A DNA stretch of 36,357 nucleotides from Bacteroidia bacterium. GTDB lineage: Bacteria; Bacteroidota; Bacteroidia; Bacteroidales; VadinHA17. The stretch is taken from positions 1 through 36,357 of the forward strand of contig JAPLDX010000053.1 in the NCBI GenBank assembly GCA_026391215.1. Direction: 5' to 3'. The notes under the pieces were generated by a model. That model had not been told where the DNA came from. It did no database searches and was given only the letters and a program-made list of their open reading frames with translations. Every line of letters begins with the position of its first letter. Position 1 is the stretch's first letter. Shown in pieces: positions 25,149-34,483 of this stretch. The translations under genes and the position numbers were made by a program.

Positions 25149-25913
25149 ATGAAAAATAGATTAACAATTATAATTTTCTTTATTGTCTCAGGTTGCTGTA
25201 TCAATCCGCTTAAAGCACAGGAATTAAGTGCTACAGAAATCATAAAGAAAACCGATGAAAAGTTCAAGGGAGAACAGAGTGGCTACAGCGTCATGGCAAT
25301 GACCATTGTAAGGCCGGCATGGCAAAGGACGGTCGAATTCAAATCATGGGCAAAGGAGAATGACTATGCACTAACACTTATTACTGCACCAGCCCGGGAA
25401 AAAGGACAAACATTCCTGAAGCGCAAGAACGAAATGTGGAGCTGGAATCCTTCAATCAACAGACTGATCAAGCTGCCTCCTTCAATGATGTCGCAGGGCT
25501 GGATGGGCTCTGACTATACAAATGATGATATTCTAAGCGAGTCATCTGTTGTAAATGATTACACGCATACCCTTGAGGGAGAAGAGACAATTGATGGTAA
25601 TCCCTGCTATAAAATAAAGCTGACAGCTAAGGAAGATGCTGACATCCTTTGGGGCTCCCAGATGTGGTGGGTCATTAAAAAAGACTTTATAGCAATAAAG
25701 GCTGAGCTTTACGATGAAGACGGATATCTTGTAAGGTCAGAAACTGCTTCTGACCTTAAGATTATGGATGGGAGGCTACTTCCCTCTTATCTTGAAATTG
25801 TTCCTGCAGATGCAGAGGGACAAAAAACAATTGTCAGAATTATTGAAATGAAGTTCAATATTAAACTGGAAGAGAGCTTTTTCTCACAGCAGAACATGAA
25901 GACTATCAGATAA
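25149..25913 (+). CDS. LolA-like outer membrane lipoprotein-sorting protein
   Basis: Signal peptide, then APAREKGQTFLK..EMWSWNP, SMMSQGWMGSDYTNDD and FFSQQNMK, typical of the LolA_like family found with FtsX-type ABC permeases. Confidence 0.85.
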   Translation: MKNRLTIIIFFIVSGCCINPLKAQELSATEIIKKTDEKFKGEQSGYSVMAMTIVRPAWQRTVEFKSWAKENDYALTLITAPAREKGQTFLKRKNEMWSWNPSINRLIKLPPSMMSQGWMGSDYTNDDILSESSVVNDYTHTLEGEETIDGNPCYKIKLTAKEDADILWGSQMWWVIKKDFIAIKAELYDEDGYLVRSETASDLKIMDGRLLPSYLEIVPADAEGQKTIVRIIEMKFNIKLEESFFSQQNMKTIR

Positions 25914-25933
25914 ATAAATTAAACAAAGTACTA

Positions 25934-27349
25934 ATGAAAGATTATCAGCTGGCGTGGAAAAACCTCTGGCGCAACAAGAGAAGAACACTGATCACTGCGG
26001 CTTCAGTGTTTTTTGCTGTCTTCTTTGCGCTTGTCATGCGTTCATTTCAACTAGGGGCCTATGACCGGCTTTTCAAGAACGTCATTGAGTCATACAGCGG
26101 ATATCTGCAGCTGCAGCATGAAGACTATTTTGATGATCCGAATCTTGATAACACTTTTAAAATTGACCAGACCCTGATTGATCAGATGAAGGAAGATCCC
26201 AATGTAAATGATGTTGTTCCAAGGCTTGAATCCTTTGCGCTGGCAGCGGCTGGCAGTCATACGCAGGGAGTTATTGTTCTGGGAATTGATCCTGATCGTG
26301 AAGATAAGGTGATGAAAATCAGCAATAAACTGGTTAAATACAAATTAACCTCCGGGACCATTGGAAAACTGAAAAATGATTCAATACCCGACAAAACAAA
26401 AAAACTTCTTGATGTCTTCAGCAATGAAGCCTATTACAGTGAAGCTCGTCTTATGATGGATCTGGGTATCAGCGATGAAGACAGTGCGACTATTCTTCCG
26501 ATCATCAGAAGGCACGCTTCTATAAGCAATGGATATCTGACAGAAAACGGAACTAGCGAAGTAGTAATTGGTGATGGACTTTCAGAATATCTTAAAGCCG
26601 GAGTAGGTGATACAATTGTTTTAATGGGTCAGGGTTATCATGGAACAACAGCAGCAGGCAAATATATGGTGAAGGGAATTATCAAGCTGCCTGCTCCGGA
26701 TATAGATAATGTAATTGTCTATATTCCGATTGAAAGTGCCAGGGAACTTTATGCGGCTCCCGGTATGGCAACTTCAGCAGTAATAAGTCTTAACAGCAAC
26801 GACGACAATGATATTCTGCAAACTGGAAATCGCCTGCAGAAAATAATCTCTGATCCAATGATTATAAAAACATGGCAGCAACTGAATGCGCTGATGGTCA
26901 ACCAGATGGAAGCTGATAACAAGAGCGGTATGATAATGATCGCAGTTCTTTATATGGTAATTGCTTTCGGCGTTTTTGGTACAGTCCTGATGATGTTGGC
27001 TGAAAGGAAGAGGGAATTCGGAATGCTTGTATCTATTGGCATGAAGAAAAAAAGGCTGGCAAAGGTCATATCCCTGGAGATGCTTTTCATAGGTTTTCTT
27101 GGTGTTGCAGCAGGTGTTGCCGGATCACTGCCGTTAGTATTTTACGGGAATATACATCCTCTGAAGTTTACAGGAGAGTTTGCAAGAATGTATGAGGATA
27201 TGGGATTTGAGGCGGTAATGCCCACAATGCTGCCGGATACTTTTTACCTGTGGCAGGTCGTGGTTGTACTGGTAATTTTAGTGATCGCAATTATATTCAG
27301 TACACGCAAGATTTTCAGGATGAATGTTATTAATGCAATGAGAGCTTAA
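25934..27349 (+). CDS. ABC transporter permease, LolC/E-MacB-FtsX family
   Basis: LAWKNLWRNKRRT, large periplasmic domain, TVLMMLAERKREFGMLVSIGM, 4 TMs. Confidence 0.93.
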   Translation: MKDYQLAWKNLWRNKRRTLITAASVFFAVFFALVMRSFQLGAYDRLFKNVIESYSGYLQLQHEDYFDDPNLDNTFKIDQTLIDQMKEDPNVNDVVPRLESFALAAAGSHTQGVIVLGIDPDREDKVMKISNKLVKYKLTSGTIGKLKNDSIPDKTKKLLDVFSNEAYYSEARLMMDLGISDEDSATILPIIRRHASISNGYLTENGTSEVVIGDGLSEYLKAGVGDTIVLMGQGYHGTTAAGKYMVKGIIKLPAPDIDNVIVYIPIESARELYAAPGMATSAVISLNSNDDNDILQTGNRLQKIISDPMIIKTWQQLNALMVNQMEADNKSGMIMIAVLYMVIAFGVFGTVLMMLAERKREFGMLVSIGMKKKRLAKVISLEMLFIGFLGVAAGVAGSLPLVFYGNIHPLKFTGEFARMYEDMGFEAVMPTMLPDTFYLWQVVVVLVILVIAIIFSTRKIFRMNVINAMRA

Positions 27350-27359
27350 ACAGAAAAAC

Positions 27360-28787
27360 ATGATTACAGCGATAGCCTGGAAAAACGTCTGGAGAAACAA
27401 AACGAGAAGCCTGATAGTTATTGCCGCAGTGACAATAGGTGTCTTCGCCGGAATTTTCTCAATGGCCGCAATAAACAGCACCGTCGTGCAGAGAATTGAT
27501 GCTGCCGTTAATGAAGAACTTTCCCATATTCAGGTGAACAATAAGGATTTCCGGAAAAGCACCGATATTCAGAATGTCATCAGCGACTATCAGGGAGTTG
27601 TCGCTGCACTTGAATCCACTCCTGGTGTAACAAAAGTAACCGGCAGGATCATTATCAGGGGAATTGCCTCAACAGCTATAAAAAGCGCAGGGGTTGAAAT
27701 AACCGGAATTGATGTTGAGAAAGAGAAAGAGATATTCACTATATCCGAAAAGCTTATTCCCGGAACCGGGAGCTTTTTCGAAACAGATACTAAATTTAAC
27801 ACAGTATTTATCGGTGAAAAACTGGCGAAGGAGCTGAATATTATCAGGTACATCATTACTCCCGAATCAATAATCATATTAACAGACGAAGGAGTCCCGA
27901 CAGATATTATTTCAAAAGTTGGAACACTTCAGGGACAACGATTTGTATCGGATAAGAAATTTATAAAAGCCTGCGAAAAGATTCTTGAACCTTCGGAGAT
28001 GGAAAAATACGAATGGAAGATCAAGGAAGCAGCCTGGTCATACAGGGAGGGCTCCAAGATCGTCCTTTCGTTCCTCGATATAAATAATAACCAGACCGGC
28101 GCTGCATTCAGGGTAAGCGGCATATTCAGAACTAACAATGATATGTTTGAATCACTTTCCCTATTTGTTCCCATGGATGAGCTGAGACAGCTTACAGGGA
28201 TGGAGAAAGGTGCTTTTCACAGGGTTATAGCCAGGCTTGAAAATAATGATATTACAAATAGCGTAACCCCTGTAATAAGAGAAAAACTAGTAGATTATGA
28301 GGTGCTTAACTGGAAGGAAATTCAACCCGATCTTGCAATGATCACGGATTTTATAGAACAGATCTATGGCGTTTTTATGGCGTTAATACTTGCTGCCCTG
28401 GCATTCGGGATTGTAAATACAATGCTTATGTCAGTTCTTGAAAGGACCAGGGAACTGGGAATGCTGATGGCGATAGGGATGAACCGCAGAAAAATATTCA
28501 TAATGATAATGTTGGAATCAATTTTCCTGTCAATTGTAGGCGGTTTTGCAGGAATGGCTGTCAGTGAGGTTGTGATTACAATCACAGGGAAAACAGGCAT
28601 TAATCTTGTGAAATATTCCGAAGGTATGGAGGCTATAGGCTATTCGGCATACCTGTTTCCAACCATTGATACACAGTTCTTTATTACAACAACAATTCTT
28701 ATCGTTCTTACAGGAATATTATCAGCAATTTACCCGGCGCGCAAAGCTTTAAAGCTTAGTCCTGTTGAGGCATTAAGAGGGGAGTAG
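27360..28787 (+). CDS. ABC transporter permease, LolC/E-MacB-FtsX family
   Basis: IAWKNVWRNKTRS, NTMLMSVLERTRELGMLMAIGM, YPARKALKLSPVEALR. Confidence 0.93.
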   Translation: MITAIAWKNVWRNKTRSLIVIAAVTIGVFAGIFSMAAINSTVVQRIDAAVNEELSHIQVNNKDFRKSTDIQNVISDYQGVVAALESTPGVTKVTGRIIIRGIASTAIKSAGVEITGIDVEKEKEIFTISEKLIPGTGSFFETDTKFNTVFIGEKLAKELNIIRYIITPESIIILTDEGVPTDIISKVGTLQGQRFVSDKKFIKACEKILEPSEMEKYEWKIKEAAWSYREGSKIVLSFLDINNNQTGAAFRVSGIFRTNNDMFESLSLFVPMDELRQLTGMEKGAFHRVIARLENNDITNSVTPVIREKLVDYEVLNWKEIQPDLAMITDFIEQIYGVFMALILAALAFGIVNTMLMSVLERTRELGMLMAIGMNRRKIFIMIMLESIFLSIVGGFAGMAVSEVVITITGKTGINLVKYSEGMEAIGYSAYLFPTIDTQFFITTTILIVLTGILSAIYPARKALKLSPVEALRGE

Positions 28788-28811
28788 AAACATTGAAAAT
28801 TGACAAAAACC

Positions 28812-29501
28812 ATGGCAGTAGTAGAAATCAATAACGTTTTTAAGACCTATCATGATACAGAAGTTGAAGTGAAGGCAATTAACGGAGTAACGCTAAGTTT
28901 CGAGAAAGGGGACTTTGCTGTAATAGTTGGCCCTTCGGGATCCGGGAAGACGACATTGCTCAATCTTGTCGGAGGCCTGGATCAGCCAACCGGAGGCGAA
29001 ATTCTGATTGCGGGCCATCGTCTGTCAGAACTCCGGTCCTCAGAGCTTATTGACTTCAGGATGGATCATGTGGGATTTGTCTTTCAGTCCTATAATCTAA
29101 TTCCTGTGCTTACAGCTGCCGAAAATGTGGGATTTATTATGAACCTTCAGAAATGGCCAAAGGAAAAACGCATGGCAAGGACAGATGAACTTCTTTCATC
29201 AGTCGGACTTGCCGACAGGCATAAAAGCCGCCCGTCGCAGCTGTCAGGCGGTCAGCAGCAGAGAGTAGCGGTCGCCCGCGCCCTGGCAACACACCCTGAA
29301 TTCATACTTGCTGATGAACCGACAGCTAACCTCGATTCCAAATCTGCTGAATCCCTTCTCGATATAATGGAAAAACTGAACCATGAAGAGGGAATGACAT
29401 TTATCTTTTCAACTCATGACACAAGAGTAATGAAAAGGGCCCATCGTGTTATCACGCTGGAAGACGGAAAAGTAGTTTCAGATGAAATAAGAACGGAATG
29501 A
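28812..29501 (+). CDS. ABC transporter ATP-binding protein, LolD/MacB-type
   Basis: Walker A GPSGSGKT, GFVFQSYNL, signature LSGGQQQRV, Walker B ILADEPTANLD, H-loop STHD. Confidence 0.96.
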   Translation: MAVVEINNVFKTYHDTEVEVKAINGVTLSFEKGDFAVIVGPSGSGKTTLLNLVGGLDQPTGGEILIAGHRLSELRSSELIDFRMDHVGFVFQSYNLIPVLTAAENVGFIMNLQKWPKEKRMARTDELLSSVGLADRHKSRPSQLSGGQQQRVAVARALATHPEFILADEPTANLDSKSAESLLDIMEKLNHEEGMTFIFSTHDTRVMKRAHRVITLEDGKVVSDEIRTE

Positions 29502-29517
29502 ACTGCGGATCTTCAGC

Positions 29518-30672
29518 ATGAAAAAAATATTACTTGTTTCAACCTTACTGATAATTCTGAATTCAGCACTTTTCTCTCAGGAGGAAAAACAAAAACCTTT
29601 TGAGCTGAACGGATACCTGACAACAATGCAAAGTGCTATGTTTGATACTCTTTCAGGACCGGTCTTTTATGAAAACCTTCTGAATAACAGGCTTAATTTC
29701 AAAGGGTATATTAATGATAAAATAACTTTAGCTGTTGAATTGAGAAACCGTCTTTTTACGGGTGATATGGTCAGGTCATATTACGGTTATTCTGATATGA
29801 TCGCAACAGATGAGGGTTGGGTTGACATGTCATGGAATATTGTTGATGAAAAATCCTTCTTTTTGAATACGACCATTGACAGGGCATGGGTAGACTTGAA
29901 TCTAAATAAGTTCCAGGCAAGAATAGGACGCCAGAGGATCAACTGGGGACAAACATTCGTCTGGAATCCGAATGATATTTTTAATGCCTATTCCTTTTTT
30001 GATTTTGATTACATAGAAAGACCGGGCAGCGATGCAGTGAGACTCCAGTATTATCCATCCTTTTCATCAGCAATTGAAATTGCTGCAAAAATTGACAGTG
30101 AAGAAGATATAACCGCTGCAGGCTTATACCGGTTCAGTAAATGGGGCTACGATATCCAGTTCCTGGCCGGGTATTCAAACAGCTCAGATATTGTTGCAGG
30201 AACCGGATGGTCAGGCTCAATCGGATCGATATCATTCCGGGGTGAAGCATCATGGTTCAGGCCGCTGGAAAACTTCAGCGATACTACCGGTACAACAATC
30301 ATAACTGCAGGGATTGATAAGGTTTTTGAAAACAACTCAATTGTCCAGTTTCAGGTGATGTACTGCAATAATCCGCTTAAGCTGAATAATTTCTCAAGTT
30401 TTTATTCAGGCAATCTCTCAGCAAAAGATCTTGCATTTTCAGAGTTTTCAGCTTTCGGACAGTTCACCTGGGCAGCAACTCCACTAATGAATGTTGGAGT
30501 GTCAGCGATGTGGTTCCCTGATCTTAAAGGTTATTTTGCCGGTCCATCATTTGACTATTCCCTTGCTGAAAATGTTGATTTCTCACTTATATGGCAGCAT
30601 TTCAACGCTGAAATGGGAGGATCCAAAACAAGGATAAACATTGGATTCCTGAGAGTTAAATACAGTTTCTAA
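29518..30672 (+). CDS. Predicted outer-membrane beta-barrel protein of unknown function
   Basis: Signal peptide ending ALFS-Q, motifs IDRAWVD, RIGRQRINWG, WNPNDIFN, ERPGSDAVR, amphipathic strands, C-terminal RVKYSF BAM-type signal. Confidence 0.8.
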   Translation: MKKILLVSTLLIILNSALFSQEEKQKPFELNGYLTTMQSAMFDTLSGPVFYENLLNNRLNFKGYINDKITLAVELRNRLFTGDMVRSYYGYSDMIATDEGWVDMSWNIVDEKSFFLNTTIDRAWVDLNLNKFQARIGRQRINWGQTFVWNPNDIFNAYSFFDFDYIERPGSDAVRLQYYPSFSSAIEIAAKIDSEEDITAAGLYRFSKWGYDIQFLAGYSNSSDIVAGTGWSGSIGSISFRGEASWFRPLENFSDTTGTTIITAGIDKVFENNSIVQFQVMYCNNPLKLNNFSSFYSGNLSAKDLAFSEFSAFGQFTWAATPLMNVGVSAMWFPDLKGYFAGPSFDYSLAENVDFSLIWQHFNAEMGGSKTRINIGFLRVKYSF

Positions 30673-30680
30673 AATTTTAA

Positions 30681-30688
30681 TACTTTTG
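30681..30688 (+). promoter_or_regulatory. Putative -7 box (TACTTTTG) for the methyltransferase-yidD unit
   Basis: TAnnTTTG match 25 nt upstream of ATG 30714. Confidence 0.55.
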
Positions 30689-30713
30689 CCGCAGTAATTA
30701 TTAGTTTCCTGCC

Positions 30714-31451
30714 ATGGCACTGGTGCATGAATTTGAGAATAGCGGCAACTGGCTATTTAAACGAAGGGGCTGGCTTCCTGTTTTTATGGTTGTTGCCGGA
30801 ATTGTAATGATGTATCTTGGGAACAGGCAGGCAATAATATTTGACCTGCGTGATGAAATGATATTTCTTGGTATAAGCCTTTTTGGTGAGGCAATTCGCA
30901 TAATCACTGTCGGATTCGCTGCAAAAAACACATCAGGACGAAATACGGCGGCAGGGCAGATTGCAGATGAACTCAATGTAACCGGTGTCTATTCAATTGT
31001 AAGGCATCCTCTTTATGTTGGGAACTTTTTTATGTGGCTGGGGCCAGTTCTTTTCCTGAAGTCTGCCTGGTTTACAGTTGTTTTCTGCCTTGTTTACTGG
31101 CTCTATTATGAGAGAATAATGTTTGCTGAAGAACAGTACCTGAGAAGAAAGTTCAGCGAGGAGTATGACAGATGGTCAGAGAAGGTCAGTGCTTTTATTC
31201 CGTTCACATTTAAATTCATAAAGCCGAAGCTTCCATTCTCAATGCGCAATGTGCTCAGCAGAGAATACAACAGCTTAGTAAATATTTTCTTAATATTTAC
31301 AGTCCTTGATTTTTGCAGGAATTATTTTCTTACAGAGAAATTTTTCTTTACACAGACCTGGATCTATTCACTGGCAGGAGCTGCAATAATATGGATCATC
31401 GTAAGATCGATCCATAAGTATACAAAATGGCTTGAAGTAAAGGGGAGATAA
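30714..31451 (+). CDS. ICMT/PEMT-family membrane methyltransferase, LmtA-like (lipid A phosphate methyltransferase)
   Basis: GVYSIVRHPLYVGN and YERIMFAEEQYLRRKF ICMT motifs. The KNTSGRNT motif and termini resemble Leptospira LmtA as I recall it. Confidence 0.8.
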   Translation: MALVHEFENSGNWLFKRRGWLPVFMVVAGIVMMYLGNRQAIIFDLRDEMIFLGISLFGEAIRIITVGFAAKNTSGRNTAAGQIADELNVTGVYSIVRHPLYVGNFFMWLGPVLFLKSAWFTVVFCLVYWLYYERIMFAEEQYLRRKFSEEYDRWSEKVSAFIPFTFKFIKPKLPFSMRNVLSREYNSLVNIFLIFTVLDFCRNYFLTEKFFFTQTWIYSLAGAAIIWIIVRSIHKYTKWLEVKGR

Positions 31452-31468
31452 TATTATAGCCGAAAACG

Positions 31469-31768
31469 ATGCCAGGATACCTTAATAAAGTATTTTCATT
31501 TCTTCTTTCCATCCCGGTTTATTTATACAAATATGCCATTTCACCTTATCTGCGGCCTGCATGCAGACACATACCTTCCTGTTCGCAGTACATGCTTGAT
31601 GCGCTGAGGATTCATGGACCTTTTTCCGGATTTTTAATGGGGACCAACAGAATATTGCGATGCAGACCAGGAGGAACACATGGCTACGACCCTGTTCCAC
31701 TTTTCCGGTTTAAAAGATATAAGCCTTTTAAGCGATATGAAAAATGCAACCGTCTAAAACAATCCTAA
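31469..31768 (+). CDS. yidD: Membrane protein insertion efficiency factor YidD
   Basis: YKYAISP..CRHIPSCSQY..HGPFSG..RILRCRPGGTHGYDPVP. Confidence 0.93.
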   Translation: MPGYLNKVFSFLLSIPVYLYKYAISPYLRPACRHIPSCSQYMLDALRIHGPFSGFLMGTNRILRCRPGGTHGYDPVPLFRFKRYKPFKRYEKCNRLKQS

Positions 31769-31799
31769 TAGAATAGACGACTGCAGGACCGCATGACTT

Positions 31800-32549
31800 T
31801 TAAAAATTCAACTCTTCTTTAAGGTGTTTATAGCCGGCCCTGCTTACCGGGAGCTTTTCCCCTGACTTAAGGACAGCAACATGATTATCCTTTTCATAGG
31901 GTTCAATTCGGTTGATCTCCTGGACCCTGACAATATATGAACGATGAATTCTTACAAAATCATTTACAGGCAGGTTCTCCTCATAGAACTTCATTGTCTG
32001 TTGTTTTAATGCTTTACCGGCAGAATGATATATCATCACGTAATCATCCTGAGCCTCAACATACTTAACCTGTTCAACAGGGATAAGATTAATGGCATTG
32101 CCTTTACGTACCACTATCCTGTTGACAGGAGCAGCTGTTTCAGGTTTTTTTGCCAGCAGCTGTCCCGGATCCGGGATCTCTGTCCCTGACCGGATCTTGT
32201 CAGCAGCTTTATTGACAGCATCAAGGAAACGTCTTTTAGGGAAAGGTTTTAGAAGATAATCCACTGCATTAAGCTCGAAAGCTTTTAAAGCAAACTGGTC
32301 ATAAGCCGTGGTAAAGATAATCGCGGGTTTTTCGGTAAGAACCTCAAGCAATTCAATCCCGGTGAGCCTGGGCATCTGAATATCAAGAAAAACAAGGTCG
32401 GGTTTCAAGACTGAAATTGATTTCAATCCCGAAAAGCCGTCGCCGCATTCAGCTATAACATCAATAAAATCCAGTTCTTTTAAATAATGCTTGATAATTT
32501 CCCGGGCAGGGGCTTCATCTTCAATTATTATGGTCCTGATCTTTTCCAT
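31800..32549 (-). CDS. LytTR family response regulator
   Basis: Receiver (IIEDE, FLDIQMP, FTTAYD, DYLLKP) plus LytTR domain (FVRIHRSYIV, LPVSR). Confidence 0.96.
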   Translation of the reverse strand: MEKIRTIIIEDEAPAREIIKHYLKELDFIDVIAECGDGFSGLKSISVLKPDLVFLDIQMPRLTGIELLEVLTEKPAIIFTTAYDQFALKAFELNAVDYLLKPFPKRRFLDAVNKAADKIRSGTEIPDPGQLLAKKPETAAPVNRIVVRKGNAINLIPVEQVKYVEAQDDYVMIYHSAGKALKQQTMKFYEENLPVNDFVRIHRSYIVRVQEINRIEPYEKDNHVAVLKSGEKLPVSRAGYKHLKEELNF

Positions 32550-32638
32550 CTTTTTACGGATTCCTGTAAACCCCTTTGCCTGTAAGTATTTTGGGGATTT
32601 ACGGACCTTAAATATAAAAATAAAATTTCAAATGGCAA

Positions 32639-33694
32639 TCACTTATAATCTACAGGAATATAAAGACTTACAGTATATATCCCGTTTTCTTTTGTGGTTT
32701 TTATTGATGCTTTATTCCCATAGAACAATTCAAGTCTCCTGGCAACATTTAACAAGCCGGTTCCTGTTCCTTTCCTCATTGCCGGGGAAGGATCATAATT
32801 ATTGCTGATTATAAATTCAACATATCCTTCAACCATTCTTACCCTGGTGGTAATCCTGACACATTCTGTGCTTTCATAAACGCCATGCTTTATAGCATTT
32901 TCATAAAGCGGCTGCAGGATCATTACAGGCATTTTTATTTCGAGACACTTTTCATCGATTTCCTCATCAGTAGATAGTTTGTCGCCGAACCTGACTTTTT
33001 CTATCTCAAGATAAAGCCTCAGGTTCTCAAGTTCACTTCTGAGCGAAACAGGCTGTTCATCTTTCTTCGAAAGTGCATATCTCATGAACTCGGAAAGCTT
33101 AATGACCATATCCCTTGCTTTTTCAGGATCAGTAATTGTCAATGAGCTTACTGAATTGAGGCTGTTAAAAAGAAAATGAGGATTGATCTGGGAACGGAGC
33201 ATCTTCAGCTCGGTTTCCTTTACGAGAGTTTCCAGCTTTGCCTCCCTTGACTTTTTTTCCGAGAGGTTAGTAAGGCTGACAAACAGGAAATAGGTAAGGA
33301 TTATCAGCCCGAAAATAAAAACACTTGTTCCGATCCTGTAAGGAAGCGTGGCGGTCCAGTATGCTTCAAAACCTGATTGTTGCGGAAGTATTAATGTCAG
33401 AAGCAATTTTGTTATCAGTATCCAGAATACTATGGTAATAATTCCAGTTGCTGCCAGATTTAAAACAAGGGAAAATGGCTTTGTATTATTCTTGTTGAGG
33501 AAGCTGAAAGGGTACCATAACGATAATGCTATCCCTGAGTATATCAAAAGGGACAATCCGGAATCAAGTATACTGATATTGACGAAACTGCCATATGCAT
33601 AATAATATATAAGTGCCTGGCCCAGCGCAAGAAACAGCCAGACCAGCCACCATACCACCATACGTACCCTGTTTTCAAGTACAGGATGTTTCAT
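32639..33694 (-). CDS. LytS/YehU-type sensor histidine kinase
   Basis: About four N-terminal TMs, LRSQINPHFLFNSLN, LQPLYENAIKHG, GTGTGLLNV. Confidence 0.95.
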   Translation of the reverse strand: MKHPVLENRVRMVVWWLVWLFLALGQALIYYYAYGSFVNISILDSGLSLLIYSGIALSLWYPFSFLNKNNTKPFSLVLNLAATGIITIVFWILITKLLLTLILPQQSGFEAYWTATLPYRIGTSVFIFGLIILTYFLFVSLTNLSEKKSREAKLETLVKETELKMLRSQINPHFLFNSLNSVSSLTITDPEKARDMVIKLSEFMRYALSKKDEQPVSLRSELENLRLYLEIEKVRFGDKLSTDEEIDEKCLEIKMPVMILQPLYENAIKHGVYESTECVRITTRVRMVEGYVEFIISNNYDPSPAMRKGTGTGLLNVARRLELFYGNKASIKTTKENGIYTVSLYIPVDYK

Positions 33695-33705
33695 TTTGGA
33701 ATGTT

Positions 33706-34458
33706 TTAATAGCTTTTCACCTCACCTCCGCCAAAAACGACGGCTCCCTTTATCACCAGCTGGCTGACATTATCAACTGTTCTTCCGGGAAAGAGTTTTC
33801 GGGAGTCGGTGAATCCGCCAAGAACGGGTGTAACTTCGATAGTAACATACCATGTATCCGGTATAATAATGGTTACACCACCGAAAACGGCGGCTATTTC
33901 AAGTATATTTCTGCCAGGAGCCAGTTTTGCCTTTGTTAGGTCAAGATCGATACCTCCGAAAACGGATGCTACCTTGCCTCCCCGGAAATTCTGCGAAATA
34001 ACCTGCCGCTCATTTCCGCTGAAAATTGTTGCATAATCTATTAGATCTTCGCTTTCCATGCCTTTGGATGAAATCCCACCCCAGCCTTTTCGCTTGGTAA
34101 CAATAAAAATGATACCGATGATTATGAAAATTGAAGGCCAGAACATATTATACATATGGAATGTCTCCCGGAAGACCAACGGTATCATGAAAAATCCGCC
34201 AACAGCCATTACGATTATCCCTCCTGTCTTTTCTGATGCTCCGAGAGTCATTACAAGCCCAATGGCTACGAGAAGCATCGGCCAGCTGAATATCACATGA
34301 TCGATAAAATCGGGGAAAAATCCTGTGTTTCTTATGACCAGGAACAATCCTGCAAGAACCAGTATAACCCCTATGATCACCCTGTTATTTGTAAGATGAG
34401 AACGCTCGTGTCCTAACGGATTCCGGTTATCATCCTTAAAATCATTTATTGTTTCCAT
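33706..34458 (-). CDS. LiaF-like cell-wall-active antibiotic response membrane protein (DUF5668 + DUF2154-like)
   Basis: Four TMs with WPMLLVAIG/FWPSIFII, C-terminal beta domain with repeated VFGG motifs (FGGIDLDL, VFGGVTIIIP, VFGGGEVK). Confidence 0.85.
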   Translation of the reverse strand: METINDFKDDNRNPLGHERSHLTNNRVIIGVILVLAGLFLVIRNTGFFPDFIDHVIFSWPMLLVAIGLVMTLGASEKTGGIIVMAVGGFFMIPLVFRETFHMYNMFWPSIFIIIGIIFIVTKRKGWGGISSKGMESEDLIDYATIFSGNERQVISQNFRGGKVASVFGGIDLDLTKAKLAPGRNILEIAAVFGGVTIIIPDTWYVTIEVTPVLGGFTDSRKLFPGRTVDNVSQLVIKGAVVFGGGEVKSY

Positions 34459-34483
34459 AATTGTAAATTTATTTGTTTCTTAA

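Noticed and set aside
25149-25220. Lipoprotein call for the LolA-like protein (VSGC)
   Set aside because: Ambiguous: an equally good SPase I site LKA-Q follows, matching the Bacteroidota Gln rule. It cannot be resolved without SignalP or an alignment.
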